Origin: a virus
Virus record (IMG/VR): IMGVR_UViG_3300017971_000007
Strand: one strand, 5' to 3'
Length of the DNA: 64,000 nt
A program made the position numbers and the translations under genes. The stretch's first letter is position 1. Each line of letters begins with the position of its first letter. Below are positions 1-9,938 of the stretch, piece by piece. The notes under the pieces were generated by a model. The model made no database searches and was not told the origin of the DNA. It saw nothing but the letters and a program-made list of their open reading frames with translations.

Positions 1-2
1 AT

Positions 3-539
3 TGGGAATCGACAGAACTTGAACCTTCTAAGTTTGAGGAAAATCTGAACGAGCTTGAGAGGGTCTTAAATCCAATTTTAATCTACAGCAAACCTTCAGC
101 AGCGTTGAGGAACGATGCTTCAAATAGCTGTTCCACTCTGAAAAGTATTTATTCCTCACTAAGCGCTATTCTTGCCTCGTATTCTGTATCGGATATAGAG
201 AGAATTGATGCCTTATTGGATATGCTACAGGAAAGGGGGCTGGATAGAGCATACGATCTCTTGCTTCTGGGATACATCGAGGACTTCTTCAATCTGAATA
301 AAGACAGCGCATCTTACGGAGGAAACCTCCTGGAAAAGATGAGGTCGGTGGCGGTTAATGATGTACCGACAGGAAGAGCGAGCTTTGAAGATAATATGGA
401 TGAGAGGCTGGTTTCGACTCATGAAGACCCTGACGCGGACTTGGATTTTTCCGACCAGGACAATGAATCTATAATAAGTGAGTTAGACGACCTGGCAGAT
501 TTAGACGAGGACCCGAGTATACTCAGGAGAGCTTATTAA
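3..539 (+). CDS. C-terminal part of a hypothetical protein (5'-truncated by window edge), acidic tail
   Basis: The frame of the 105..539 ORF is open back to position 3 (WESTELEPSKFEENLNELERVLNP...), so the TTG at 105 is probably not the start. Upstream of the baseplate genes. Confidence 0.6.
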   Translation, partial: WESTELEPSKFEENLNELERVLNPILIYSKPSAALRNDASNSCSTLKSIYSSLSAILASYSVSDIERIDALLDMLQERGLDRAYDLLLLGYIEDFFNLNKDSASYGGNLLEKMRSVAVNDVPTGRASFEDNMDERLVSTHEDPDADLDFSDQDNESIISELDDLADLDEDPSILRRAY

Positions 540-908
540 ATGCCGAAACCGCCAAATAAAAAAGCTGTAGCTCCCGAAGCGAAGAAGACGAAACTAAATA
601 TTCAGATTCGGGAGATAATGAATGATGCATACGCTTTCGTGCTCGGGGAAAAGTTCACTGCCAGTGTTTCTTCAGTGACTTTGGAAACCCTTATGCGGGA
701 GAGGATAGAGCAGATAAAAGGGACAGAGGGGAAGACGTCCATAAGGTTGAATATGAAAGATAGGGTAGAAAGGTTAATGGATAGAATTAGCCAGGCAGTG
801 ACTACTGCCAAAAGTCTCCCTCCAAGTGCTTTTAGCTTGTCTGCCGAGGATAAGACCAAAGGGAACGTGAATACGTCTCTAGAAGGAGACGAGGAGATAC
901 CTCTATAA
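540..908 (+). CDS. hypothetical protein
   Basis: 122 aa. ATG follows the previous stop directly; its stop overlaps the next ATG (TAATG). Confidence 0.65.
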   Translation: MPKPPNKKAVAPEAKKTKLNIQIREIMNDAYAFVLGEKFTASVSSVTLETLMRERIEQIKGTEGKTSIRLNMKDRVERLMDRISQAVTTAKSLPPSAFSLSAEDKTKGNVNTSLEGDEEIPL

Positions 909-1558
909 TGGACATAAAAGTAACGTATCTGCAGGATGTCATCCCCGTTTCTCAAGTAACGAATATCCAGAATGTTGTTCCGAGAACTCTGGATGTGAGG
1001 GGGCCTGATTTGAGGAACGCATCTAGGGTCGAGGTCAATGAGGTTGTGGCACCGTCTTTCATGATTCTGAACAAACACAGGATGTTGGTCCAGGTGCCAT
1101 CAAGCCAAGAAAAAGAAATCATAAAAAGTATAGCCGTTCTAAGTAATTACTTTACTAGGACGAGTTCCAGTAAAGTAAATTTTGAGTTTACTTTGAATCC
1201 GAAGAAGACGGAGGGACTAGAAAAACTTATTCAGTCTTTCATCCTCTACCTATTCAGAACACCGGGGACCGACGCCTGGTATCCGAATTCAGGCGGAGGC
1301 ATACAAAAGATAGTCGGGGCTAACTTTTCGAGATCAAATGCCAGTGGCGTGACAGCCGCCTTTACTACCTCTGTCCACAGAACTAGATCACAATTAATTG
1401 CTCTTCAATCCATTAACAACAAATTAAAAGCCAGTGAAAAACTAGCTGCCGCTAATGTCCTCTCTGCAGTGTACAGCGCGGAACTGACTGCGTTGTTGGC
1501 TAGAGTAGAAATAATATCCCAATCCGGGGAACGGGCTGCAGTAGGAATGGAGTTATAA
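908..1558 (+). CDS. baseplate wedge/sheath-initiator protein (gp25/GpW-like) with N-terminal Ig/IPT-like domain
   Basis: EGLEKLIQSFILYLFRTPGTDAWYPNSGGGI resembles the gp25-family motif; lies immediately upstream of the Baseplate-J-like gene. Confidence 0.65.
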   Translation: MDIKVTYLQDVIPVSQVTNIQNVVPRTLDVRGPDLRNASRVEVNEVVAPSFMILNKHRMLVQVPSSQEKEIIKSIAVLSNYFTRTSSSKVNFEFTLNPKKTEGLEKLIQSFILYLFRTPGTDAWYPNSGGGIQKIVGANFSRSNASGVTAAFTTSVHRTRSQLIALQSINNKLKASEKLAAANVLSAVYSAELTALLARVEIISQSGERAAVGMEL

Positions 1559-4500
1559 ATGCCAGGAACTACAGATTTAAAAGAATTTGTCGAGGAAAGA
1601 CTTCTAGCGTATGACCCGGACATAGACATTACTGATGATTCTCCAGCTCAAATCACTATCATCGACCCCATAGTTAGAAGATTTACTCCAGACCCGTTTG
1701 AAATGGACATAGAGTCGTTCATAAGGGCGAGGTTGGAGCAGGAATACCCCGGTTTAAACGCCGACGAGGGTGAGGCCTTGGCCGACCTTCTTATAAAGCC
1801 TGTCGAGGCGTTACTCGATCCAATAATCAGGGAAGTGCAGTTTCTGAGAAACAACAAGTCTCTATCTGACCCAGAGATATTATCTCCTCAGGAAGCTGAT
1901 TCTCTGATGGGAAATATTTTCGTGAGAAGGAACAGAGGTGGTCTGTCTGTGGGGGTGGTTAGAATATGGTTTAATTCTCCGACAGCCGTTTTCGTGACAG
2001 TAGGCAACGTCGCTTCCACGGGAGACGGTCTTAATTTCATACCTTCATCTCCCCAATCGATATCAGCGGAACAGATGATGTTCAATCAGGACGGGAATCT
2101 GTTCTATATGGACGTATCGTTTCAAGCAGAGCAGGAGGGAGACGAGTACAACGTCGAACCGCGGACAATAACCAGCATCTCTAATCTTCCTGCAGCTGTT
2201 AAGGTTCGGAACCTCTATCGCTTTAGGGACGGGACTCCAGAAGAATCTACTCTAGCTTTTATCGATAGAGGGGAAAACAGCCTCACTGAAAGGTCGCTGG
2301 TAGTCCCCCGCGGTGTGTTAGCTACCTTATTCGACCAGTTTGGAGAGCTCCAGCATATCCAAGTAGTCGGATTCAACGACCCGGAGATGATGAGGGATGT
2401 GTTGAAGGGAGGAGGACTGGGAAGCGCTATCATATACGGCGTAGATGGAGCCTCATCTGATGACGGGGACGGGGATGGATACTCCGATATATTCGAAAGT
2501 GCGGGCGGAGGGTTTATAGAGAACATCGGACCTGTCGGTTCTGTGTCCGATTTCGTTCTCATAATTGAAGACAAGGACTATCCGATTCTGGAAGTTATTA
2601 GTGACACGATGCTAAAAGTTGGGGCATCGTTTGTTCTTGGCTCAGACCCGATAGAACCTCCACCTCATCCCGATATGCCGGATAATTTATCCGGGGCTCA
2701 GTTTCTGATAAGAAAGTCCTTGATAAATCTCTCAGATATTCCTGGTGGGATATTTAAAGTAGTGACATCCAATGGAATCCTTACTGTAAGAAATGATGAG
2801 GTACACATCGGGGGATGCACCGATTTCTATATCAGAGGGACTTCTCTAGAAGAAAGTGAGCAGGTACTAGAAGCTGTCACTGATGAGCAACCTCTCATGG
2901 AAGGCCTGACTCTGGACACGAAAGTGACAGGACTTCCGGAAGATGTTGTTCGAGATCTTTCACTAGATTCTAACAATAATTTCTTAACTAATGGTGTTCA
3001 GCCTGGTCATACTCTCGTCATAGAAACAGATGCCGGTAGTGCCGGTACATATCACATAATCAAGGTCTCACCAGATGGAGCCATCAATACTCTGCAGGTA
3101 GACCCTGCTCCTCCAGCTACCGTCTCCAATCAAAAATACAAGATAGTAGACAATATAGATGTAAATCTTGTTGAACCGAAGACAGTGAGGGGAAGTGGGA
3201 CAGACCTGAAAACTGTTATGGGGAGTACCCAAGTTTCCACAGTCAGTGAAGTGGACTTCGATCAATTAGGAGTCGAGCAAGGAGATGTCCTTAGAATATC
3301 CGGGGAGTCTGTGAACGCCGGTGATTATAACGTCGAGCAAATTGTGGGGACCGGTAACATATCTCTGGTTCTGGGAACTCCATTAAGGAAAACCTCCAGC
3401 TCAGAGACTTGGCAGGTATTCAAGGCCCAGGAAGTTATGAATCTGCCTACAATCAGAATAACCAGTTTAGAGTTATTGGATAGTTCCAAACAACCGACCG
3501 GAGAGACTATCCCGTATGCTGACCCGATTGATATCCAATCGTATGCTTTCTCAAATATGGGAATCGGGGAAAAGATTCAAGTCAATGACGCGGTAATCGG
3601 GATACTGTCCGAACCCATAATCACCCCTTCTCTTCTGGACGGTAAGGCGCTGAAATTTACTATAAATAACGGGACTATCATAACCATAACATTCAGCGGA
3701 ATCACTACAGTACAGGACGCTGTAGATCAGATAAATGCGGGCTCGTCTGGATACAATATTGCTGCCGTGTACGAGACAGACGAAGGGACGAGATTGTCCA
3801 TCCGTTCTAGAAACAATTGGATTCAGATAAATCCATACGGTTCTGCTAACGAAGTCTTTGGGTTCTCGGCGACAGTTTCTGAGGATAACAGGCAGCTGAA
3901 GAGTGAATCTGTCTCAGATTGGACAGCTGAGTCTTTGGACATAGAAGCTGAATCCGATGTTGTCTATATACTGACCGGTTCAAACATAGAATTCTGGTAC
4001 ATTCATGCCGTGGAGGAAAACAGGTTACTAATTTCCAGAGTCGAAGATGGGAGGGCGGTATTCCCTCTAACCGATAGCAGGGCCAGCTCCAGAATAGGTT
4101 CCAGGTCTTTCGGAAAACTTAGATGCTATTTTCTTGAGCCTACTTCGTTCGAGGTAAGAGGCTCGTACAGAAAAGCAGCCATCAGTGACTACAGCCCGAA
4201 CACAATCTACGGGAGCATTGTAAGAGATGAGCCCGCAAGAACAGAATTTTCATTGGATGTATTCGGAGATGAATCAGCGTTTTATAAATTCTTTCCAGAC
4301 CCGACTCTGCAGCATCAGGTCCTGCCGGCTACAGAGGAGCAGGTTCCAGACAATCTACTAATAAACCAGATTGGGGATAAATTTGTTGAGAGTGAAAACG
4401 CTCCAGCTTCCGGGATAGGAAAGGATTCAAGAAGCGACGAAATAGATTTCCTCCTAAGAGAGATTCTCCCAGGGGATATCCTAGAGATAACATATCAGCC

Positions 4501-5689
4501 CATTCAGGGAACGGCTGATATAAGGGCCACTCCGACGGGTACAATTGACTACGACCCAGATACAGGAAATATCGTTACGAAAACTCTTGTTATTTCTATG
4601 GAGAACGGACCAGATAAGACTGTTACATTCTCTGCAGAAGTAGATGGGCCAGATAGATTAGCCGCGGAAATAAATAACCAACTTGGAGAGACCATAGCTT
4701 ATGTAGAAACGGAGTCAGTTAGCGGAGAGAAGTATCTCAGATTAGAGGCGGACTTCTTTTTCAACGTCAGGTCCGCTGGGACAGCAAATTCGGTATTAGG
4801 CCTTTCGTATTTAAACAACTACGCTCAGGCCAGAGGAAAATATGTCATATCTGATGCCGGGTATGTATCAGGATCAACATCCAATCACATGAGACTGAGT
4901 ATCAGCCATCCAATCGATTCAAGTCCTGGCGCATGGACAGGATTCGATTCCACTCAGATTGGACCGTCCCAACATTTTAAAATCTACAGGCCTGGTGTCC
5001 AGAGAGTTAGTTCTACAGAAATGCAGGATAATGTGGACGGGACTCTTTATTACGCGGATATAGAGGTTGTGTCCGAAGGCCCTGGAGATGAATTCAATAT
5101 CGATGCCGACCTTCAACTTGATGTAGATGATCATAAATCTGACGGATATACGCTGTATAATACCGACGAGAACATGGCATTTTCAGAATTTGAAGACATT
5201 AGGATGATTCTTAGCAGAAGATTCCTAACTCCCGGTTCGACGGATTCGCCAGAAAATATGACCCTGATTTCCCAACAAAACATCCAGATCAATTACGAGC
5301 GTTCATCTTTAGTAGAGCAGATACAGAGTTTCGCGAACTCAGATTTGGACAGAGTTCTGAATGCGAGTATCCTTGTCAGACATCTTGTTCCTCATTTCAT
5401 ACAATTTGAGCTGAATTATTCTGGCGGGTCCCAATCATCAGTAGTCGAATCAGACATCACGGACTTAATAGATGGGCTGCTTCCGGATGAGATTCTGGAA
5501 TCCTCCGCCATCGCAGAATTAGTCAGAAAAAGGGGAGCATCGAGGGTAGAAATGCCTATAGATATGATTGGGGTGGTTCATCAAATTGATAGGAAGATAC
5601 GGGCGATGAGATCTCAGGATTTTATAAGCAGAGGCAGACTTTCTACATTCATCTCTGACAATATCCAGATAACTAGGGAATCGATTTAG
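1559..5689 (+). CDS. very large Baseplate-J / gp6-like wedge protein with multiple inserted beta-domains
   Basis: J-like segments ADSLMGNIFVRRNRGGLSVGVVRIWF and QAEQEGDEYNV...VRNLYRFRDGTPEES; 1376 aa; context between gp25-like and gpI-like genes. Confidence 0.75.
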   Translation: MPGTTDLKEFVEERLLAYDPDIDITDDSPAQITIIDPIVRRFTPDPFEMDIESFIRARLEQEYPGLNADEGEALADLLIKPVEALLDPIIREVQFLRNNKSLSDPEILSPQEADSLMGNIFVRRNRGGLSVGVVRIWFNSPTAVFVTVGNVASTGDGLNFIPSSPQSISAEQMMFNQDGNLFYMDVSFQAEQEGDEYNVEPRTITSISNLPAAVKVRNLYRFRDGTPEESTLAFIDRGENSLTERSLVVPRGVLATLFDQFGELQHIQVVGFNDPEMMRDVLKGGGLGSAIIYGVDGASSDDGDGDGYSDIFESAGGGFIENIGPVGSVSDFVLIIEDKDYPILEVISDTMLKVGASFVLGSDPIEPPPHPDMPDNLSGAQFLIRKSLINLSDIPGGIFKVVTSNGILTVRNDEVHIGGCTDFYIRGTSLEESEQVLEAVTDEQPLMEGLTLDTKVTGLPEDVVRDLSLDSNNNFLTNGVQPGHTLVIETDAGSAGTYHIIKVSPDGAINTLQVDPAPPATVSNQKYKIVDNIDVNLVEPKTVRGSGTDLKTVMGSTQVSTVSEVDFDQLGVEQGDVLRISGESVNAGDYNVEQIVGTGNISLVLGTPLRKTSSSETWQVFKAQEVMNLPTIRITSLELLDSSKQPTGETIPYADPIDIQSYAFSNMGIGEKIQVNDAVIGILSEPIITPSLLDGKALKFTINNGTIITITFSGITTVQDAVDQINAGSSGYNIAAVYETDEGTRLSIRSRNNWIQINPYGSANEVFGFSATVSEDNRQLKSESVSDWTAESLDIEAESDVVYILTGSNIEFWYIHAVEENRLLISRVEDGRAVFPLTDSRASSRIGSRSFGKLRCYFLEPTSFEVRGSYRKAAISDYSPNTIYGSIVRDEPARTEFSLDVFGDESAFYKFFPDPTLQHQVLPATEEQVPDNLLINQIGDKFVESENAPASGIGKDSRSDEIDFLLREILPGDILEITYQPIQGTADIRATPTGTIDYDPDTGNIVTKTLVISMENGPDKTVTFSAEVDGPDRLAAEINNQLGETIAYVETESVSGEKYLRLEADFFFNVRSAGTANSVLGLSYLNNYAQARGKYVISDAGYVSGSTSNHMRLSISHPIDSSPGAWTGFDSTQIGPSQHFKIYRPGVQRVSSTEMQDNVDGTLYYADIEVVSEGPGDEFNIDADLQLDVDDHKSDGYTLYNTDENMAFSEFEDIRMILSRRFLTPGSTDSPENMTLISQQNIQINYERSSLVEQIQSFANSDLDRVLNASILVRHLVPHFIQFELNYSGGSQSSVVESDITDLIDGLLPDEILESSAIAELVRKRGASRVEMPIDMIGVVHQIDRKIRAMRSQDFISRGRLSTFISDNIQITRESI

Positions 5690-5994
5690 TCTTTTTTGAG
5701 GATAGGAATTCTCGGTTCGATAGCCTTACTGATGTTCCCTATCCTAATTGTTATGCCTGTCCTCGGATCGAACTGCTCGCCACAAGCAATACACTCCATA
5801 TCAAATTTTGGAAGTATGCCGTCTTGCTGAAACATTCTGTGGAAGTCGCCTATCTTTTTGCAGGTCCCTCCACATCTGGGACAATTTTGCGATGCATAGA
5901 ATTTGGAATCTGCTTCCGCAGCTGGGGTAATGACGTCCTCCGCTCCTTCTAGCAGCTTCTTAGTTTCCTCTTCGTCTAGAAATTTCAAATGCAT
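5686..5994 (-). CDS. small zinc-ribbon protein
   Basis: CPRC...CIAC pairs; convergent with the J-like gene (4-nt overlap); AT-rich gap upstream (5995-6091). Confidence 0.65.
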   Translation of the reverse strand: MHLKFLDEEETKKLLEGAEDVITPAAEADSKFYASQNCPRCGGTCKKIGDFHRMFQQDGILPKFDMECIACGEQFDPRTGITIRIGNISKAIEPRIPILKKD

Positions 5995-6091
5995 GATGTT
6001 ACATTAACAAATGTGGATTGTTTTTCAATATTTAAGAAGTTCGGTTTCTTAGGATGTCGTTAATTCTGTACTATTTATGAAGAGGTAGTTT

Positions 6092-7318
6092 ATGTCGCAT
6101 GTTTACCAAAATGGCTTACTTCTAACGAGCCCGGCTTCTCAGGCAAATGGACGGACCTGGTCCAAATGGTTTTACATGACACTCACTGAGTGTTTAGGTT
6201 TAACCGTTGTCGACAAAGACACTAACGGACGATGGGACTCTACAAAGGGCTCAGGCTCTAGCGGTGCTACAGTCACATCGTATCCAGCCAACTTCGACAT
6301 AACGGGAGATGGCTACAATTTCACGACTGCAGATGAAGGTCGATATATTACGATAAGCGGCTTTACTGGCGAATTCTCCAACAGAAATGCTACTTATAGA
6401 ATTCTTAAGTATGTTTCCTCAAAAGTCGTCATTTTGGATATTCTAAGAAGCTGTCACTCAGAAGGGCTCCCCCCAACTTTCACAGGCCTAACTTGGAAAC
6501 TATGGGCGGCAGACACGACCGATTGTCCAGATGCCGGCGATTGGTTTGTCTATCCCGGGACCGGTCTCCAAGCTGGTGGCTTTACTTTCCATGTGAAAGT
6601 CACAGTCGGTATTTCTGGAACCTACACCTGCTACTTTCCACAATTTGAAGTCGGTCCCTACGGTGACTGGAATCCAGGGACTGACGCCTGGGGGAGTGCC
6701 AGGCATATCGACTATGGATTCATTAACAAGGACAATTCCATCTATCAAGTCGATGAGTCTTTCGTCATAGCTAGCATGAGTGAAGACTGCCTCACGGTTA
6801 TGACCAGGACCCTGGATAATTACAAATCCTGGCATGTTACTTATATTGGAGAAATAGACGTCGCTGACGACGTAACAGATACACGCCCAGTCGTCATCAT
6901 TCAAGGTTCAAATGGCGATGGAGATCTTGATAACATCATCGGCTACGGCCTGGATTCTTCAAATACCGACATCTATAAAGGCGCACGTTGGCTTTCTGCG
7001 GATGATGATACACTGACCGTTACGGGCTATCTCTGCACATACCAAGTACGGCCAGAGGCCGATGAGAGCATGGTCAGTGGCCAACACCGCAGTAAGAGCT
7101 CTCTGACTGGCAATAATTATGATGGATTCTTCACCCTCGAATGTAGGGATTGGGCGACGAACGGGGAGCTACGAGGAGTCACTAGAATCTTAGGCATGTC
7201 AAATGACGGAAACATGCGTGGAATACGTATGTTGGAAGGTTCTAGATTGCACGTTTTCGGAGGCCTATCATTGGCCTGGCACAACTCTAATATCTCAGAC
7301 CCGAGGATAGCGAGTTAA
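6092..7318 (+). CDS. tail accessory/fibre-associated protein, paralog A1
   Basis: Full-length similarity to 8637..9929 (YQNGL..T....GRT.SKW.Y; WAAD.TDCP; FP...VGPYG.WN.G; LGYGLD/IGYGLD); contains an F..AD.GRYITI.G...N.TYRI beta-domain. Confidence 0.6.
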   Translation: MSHVYQNGLLLTSPASQANGRTWSKWFYMTLTECLGLTVVDKDTNGRWDSTKGSGSSGATVTSYPANFDITGDGYNFTTADEGRYITISGFTGEFSNRNATYRILKYVSSKVVILDILRSCHSEGLPPTFTGLTWKLWAADTTDCPDAGDWFVYPGTGLQAGGFTFHVKVTVGISGTYTCYFPQFEVGPYGDWNPGTDAWGSARHIDYGFINKDNSIYQVDESFVIASMSEDCLTVMTRTLDNYKSWHVTYIGEIDVADDVTDTRPVVIIQGSNGDGDLDNIIGYGLDSSNTDIYKGARWLSADDDTLTVTGYLCTYQVRPEADESMVSGQHRSKSSLTGNNYDGFFTLECRDWATNGELRGVTRILGMSNDGNMRGIRMLEGSRLHVFGGLSLAWHNSNISDPRIAS

Positions 7319-7321
7319 AAG

Positions 7322-8623
7322 ATGGGATATAAATACATTCGCTCACTTCACTTGTTTGATTCTGATACCTGGAGACGAGCACAACAAAAAGCTACCTGCT
7401 TGTTTCTAAGAGATTGTTGCGGATGGACAAATTTTGCGCAAAATATCATCTCTTCCGGTAGTTTTAATAACGTTGCCGGAGATGGTGTAGAGTATGTTGG
7501 CACGGATGGCCGATTTGACGGCACAGATTGGGTTCTAACTGCAGACTCCTCAACTCCGTTTTCTCCGACTGATGTCACGAAGCTTATACTGATTAATGCT
7601 CCTGATTCCTCGGTGACATGCGGCGTATATACGATTAAAGAATACATTTCTTCGTCACAGGTAAAGATTGATTACAGGGCGGACCCAACGAGTGAATTTC
7701 CTCCTTCAAATCTTGGAGGAACGGCCATCACTTACAAGGTCTGGGCATATAATTATCAATCCCCCGCCTCAAACGGTGATTATTGGAGACTAGAATCTCC
7801 AGACGCATCCAATTGGGCCATTGAATGGCGTTATTATAATGCGGATGAAGCTTGGATTCGTGTGGCAGTGGACGGCAGTTGGGCCGGTAGTAAGATTCTT
7901 GGAGGGGATAATAATACTGAAAATGACCTTAATTTCGGTATTGACCACGGGGAAGGTCATATCTTTTTTAATGTTATTGCTGAAGACAACGGGGAATTGC
8001 TATTGGTGACGAATACACACTACAATACGCAGTACAGCAAATATACGTATGATCACGCTTCTGCCTTCATGGTTAATAAGTTTATGCCGCATTCAGGAAT
8101 TACGTTAGCTGACGAGGAAAAAATCGCGTTATTCGGGCAAAAGACCAGAAAAAAAGAATGGATGTGGGAGCGTATAAGCGATAATTATCGACTAACGCGT
8201 TTTAGGTCGTGGAGTAATTATCACTCTACCTACCTGACAGGGTATGTCTCTGAAGGTATTAATTATAGAGAGACTAGTGCTATAACCCACAAATCCAATT
8301 GGCCTAACTCATTCAGAGACACAAAATACAGAAGTTATGATTTTGTAGGACCTCTAGCTAATAAAATTGGGGATGTGCTAATAACTGATGATCTGAACAA
8401 TAATGAGCTGAAATATCAAAAACTAGGAACAGCCCAACATTATTATGTAACTCCGCCAGTTTTCGTGAATTTTGGCGCGGGTGAGGCGGAGATAAGTACT
8501 CAAGCTTGCTCTGTCCCCCATAAGACACTTTCCAAGACCTCAAGTACATCAAAAGGTGTTTTAACATGCCCCTGCGGCTGGGCTTTTCCATGGCCTGAGG
8601 ACATATCGTTTATTCTTTTTTAA
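7322..8623 (+). CDS. tail accessory/fibre-associated protein, paralog B1
   Basis: Similar to 9939..11552 (W.L..P....WA.E; RVAVDGSWAGSKILG vs RVAVDGSFAGSKIIG; EKIALFG vs SKIALMG). Confidence 0.6.
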   Translation: MGYKYIRSLHLFDSDTWRRAQQKATCLFLRDCCGWTNFAQNIISSGSFNNVAGDGVEYVGTDGRFDGTDWVLTADSSTPFSPTDVTKLILINAPDSSVTCGVYTIKEYISSSQVKIDYRADPTSEFPPSNLGGTAITYKVWAYNYQSPASNGDYWRLESPDASNWAIEWRYYNADEAWIRVAVDGSWAGSKILGGDNNTENDLNFGIDHGEGHIFFNVIAEDNGELLLVTNTHYNTQYSKYTYDHASAFMVNKFMPHSGITLADEEKIALFGQKTRKKEWMWERISDNYRLTRFRSWSNYHSTYLTGYVSEGINYRETSAITHKSNWPNSFRDTKYRSYDFVGPLANKIGDVLITDDLNNNELKYQKLGTAQHYYVTPPVFVNFGAGEAEISTQACSVPHKTLSKTSSTSKGVLTCPCGWAFPWPEDISFILF

Positions 8624-8636
8624 GGAGCTACCGTAT

Positions 8637-9929
8637 ATGGAAATTTACCAAAACGGTCTACCTCTCGTAACTCCAGACGGTGTTGCAGATTCTACCGGGC
8701 GCACATACAGTAAATGGCTATACCAGACTCTTAGAGTTAGTGGATGGACGATTGTTGATTCATCTGGTACGGCTTGGACTTCTTACAAAGGAGTTGGTGT
8801 TGCCGGTAAAACTGTTCTCAATGAACCTTCGCAATTCGACACATCAGTTGACGCCTCTTATGTATTTACTTCTGCTGATGTCGGAAGGTATATAACAATT
8901 TATGGATTTATAGCTCCGTATACACACATTAACGGTACTTGGAGAATCTTGAAGGTCTTATCGGATTACGTTATAGAGCTTGATATCCTTAGAGGGGTGC
9001 ATGATTCCGGTCTTCCTAATAGCCCAATAGTCACTGGTCTGACATGGGAATTTTGGGCAGCAGATGCAACAGATTGTCCAGCTACTAATGATCGGATAGT
9101 TGCACGAGGCGAAGGTATTACTCGCGCTGCGCCGTATAATTTTGATGTCCATATCAGAGTAACGGCTATCGGAAGTGACGCCGGAGCGACCTACAATTCG
9201 TGCTTTCCTGCTTATATTGTAGGCCCGTACGGAAATTGGAATGCTGGAAGCCACGATTGGGATGATTCTCGACACACTAGTGAAAGAGCCTCTGGAGGAA
9301 GTGGATTTTTAAGAGAGGTCGATGAAGCCTTGATTTTTTGTTGTGTGGATACTGACAGTTTTGCTGTAGTTATCAGAGAAGTGAACAGTTACGAAAACAC
9401 TGCCTGGAATTATGTCAACGTAGGAGAATTCACGCCGATATTCCCCGAAGCGTTGGATCCCAAGCCTGTTGCTGTATGGACGGGGAGTAATTATTGGCGA
9501 ACAGATGGCGGCAGAGACGCGTCAGCTCTTGGTTATGGTTTGGATACCGGAGGCCAGTTGTACAACGGTGTTCGATACTTAAAATGGCCTGATGAAGTGG
9601 ATACTGTCACCGGTTACGTTTATTTAGATGCTATTAGAGCATATTTTGGCACTTACGGTTATGCAACTCCAGTTATCGGCGGTGCGCACAGACTAAAAGA
9701 TCCAGTTAGCGATAGAATCTATTATCAGAAATTAGTTATCGGCACTCTTGAAAATTCCAGTGGCGCTGGAGAGTACAGGGGGTCAATTAAGAAAATGAAA
9801 TATATTAGTCACACGTATCATCAGCTCGTACACGGAACTAATTCAGCGGAACTTGCTCTCGGTACCGGTATAACGATGAAATGGCACGGAGCTACTATAC
9901 ACAATACGAACATCGACTATCGGGGATAG
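8637..9929 (+). CDS. tail accessory/fibre-associated protein, paralog A2
   Basis: Paralog of 6092..7318; AAGGAG RBS upstream. Confidence 0.6.
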   Translation: MEIYQNGLPLVTPDGVADSTGRTYSKWLYQTLRVSGWTIVDSSGTAWTSYKGVGVAGKTVLNEPSQFDTSVDASYVFTSADVGRYITIYGFIAPYTHINGTWRILKVLSDYVIELDILRGVHDSGLPNSPIVTGLTWEFWAADATDCPATNDRIVARGEGITRAAPYNFDVHIRVTAIGSDAGATYNSCFPAYIVGPYGNWNAGSHDWDDSRHTSERASGGSGFLREVDEALIFCCVDTDSFAVVIREVNSYENTAWNYVNVGEFTPIFPEALDPKPVAVWTGSNYWRTDGGRDASALGYGLDTGGQLYNGVRYLKWPDEVDTVTGYVYLDAIRAYFGTYGYATPVIGGAHRLKDPVSDRIYYQKLVIGTLENSSGAGEYRGSIKKMKYISHTYHQLVHGTNSAELALGTGITMKWHGATIHNTNIDYRG

Positions 9930-9938
9930 AGGGAGTCA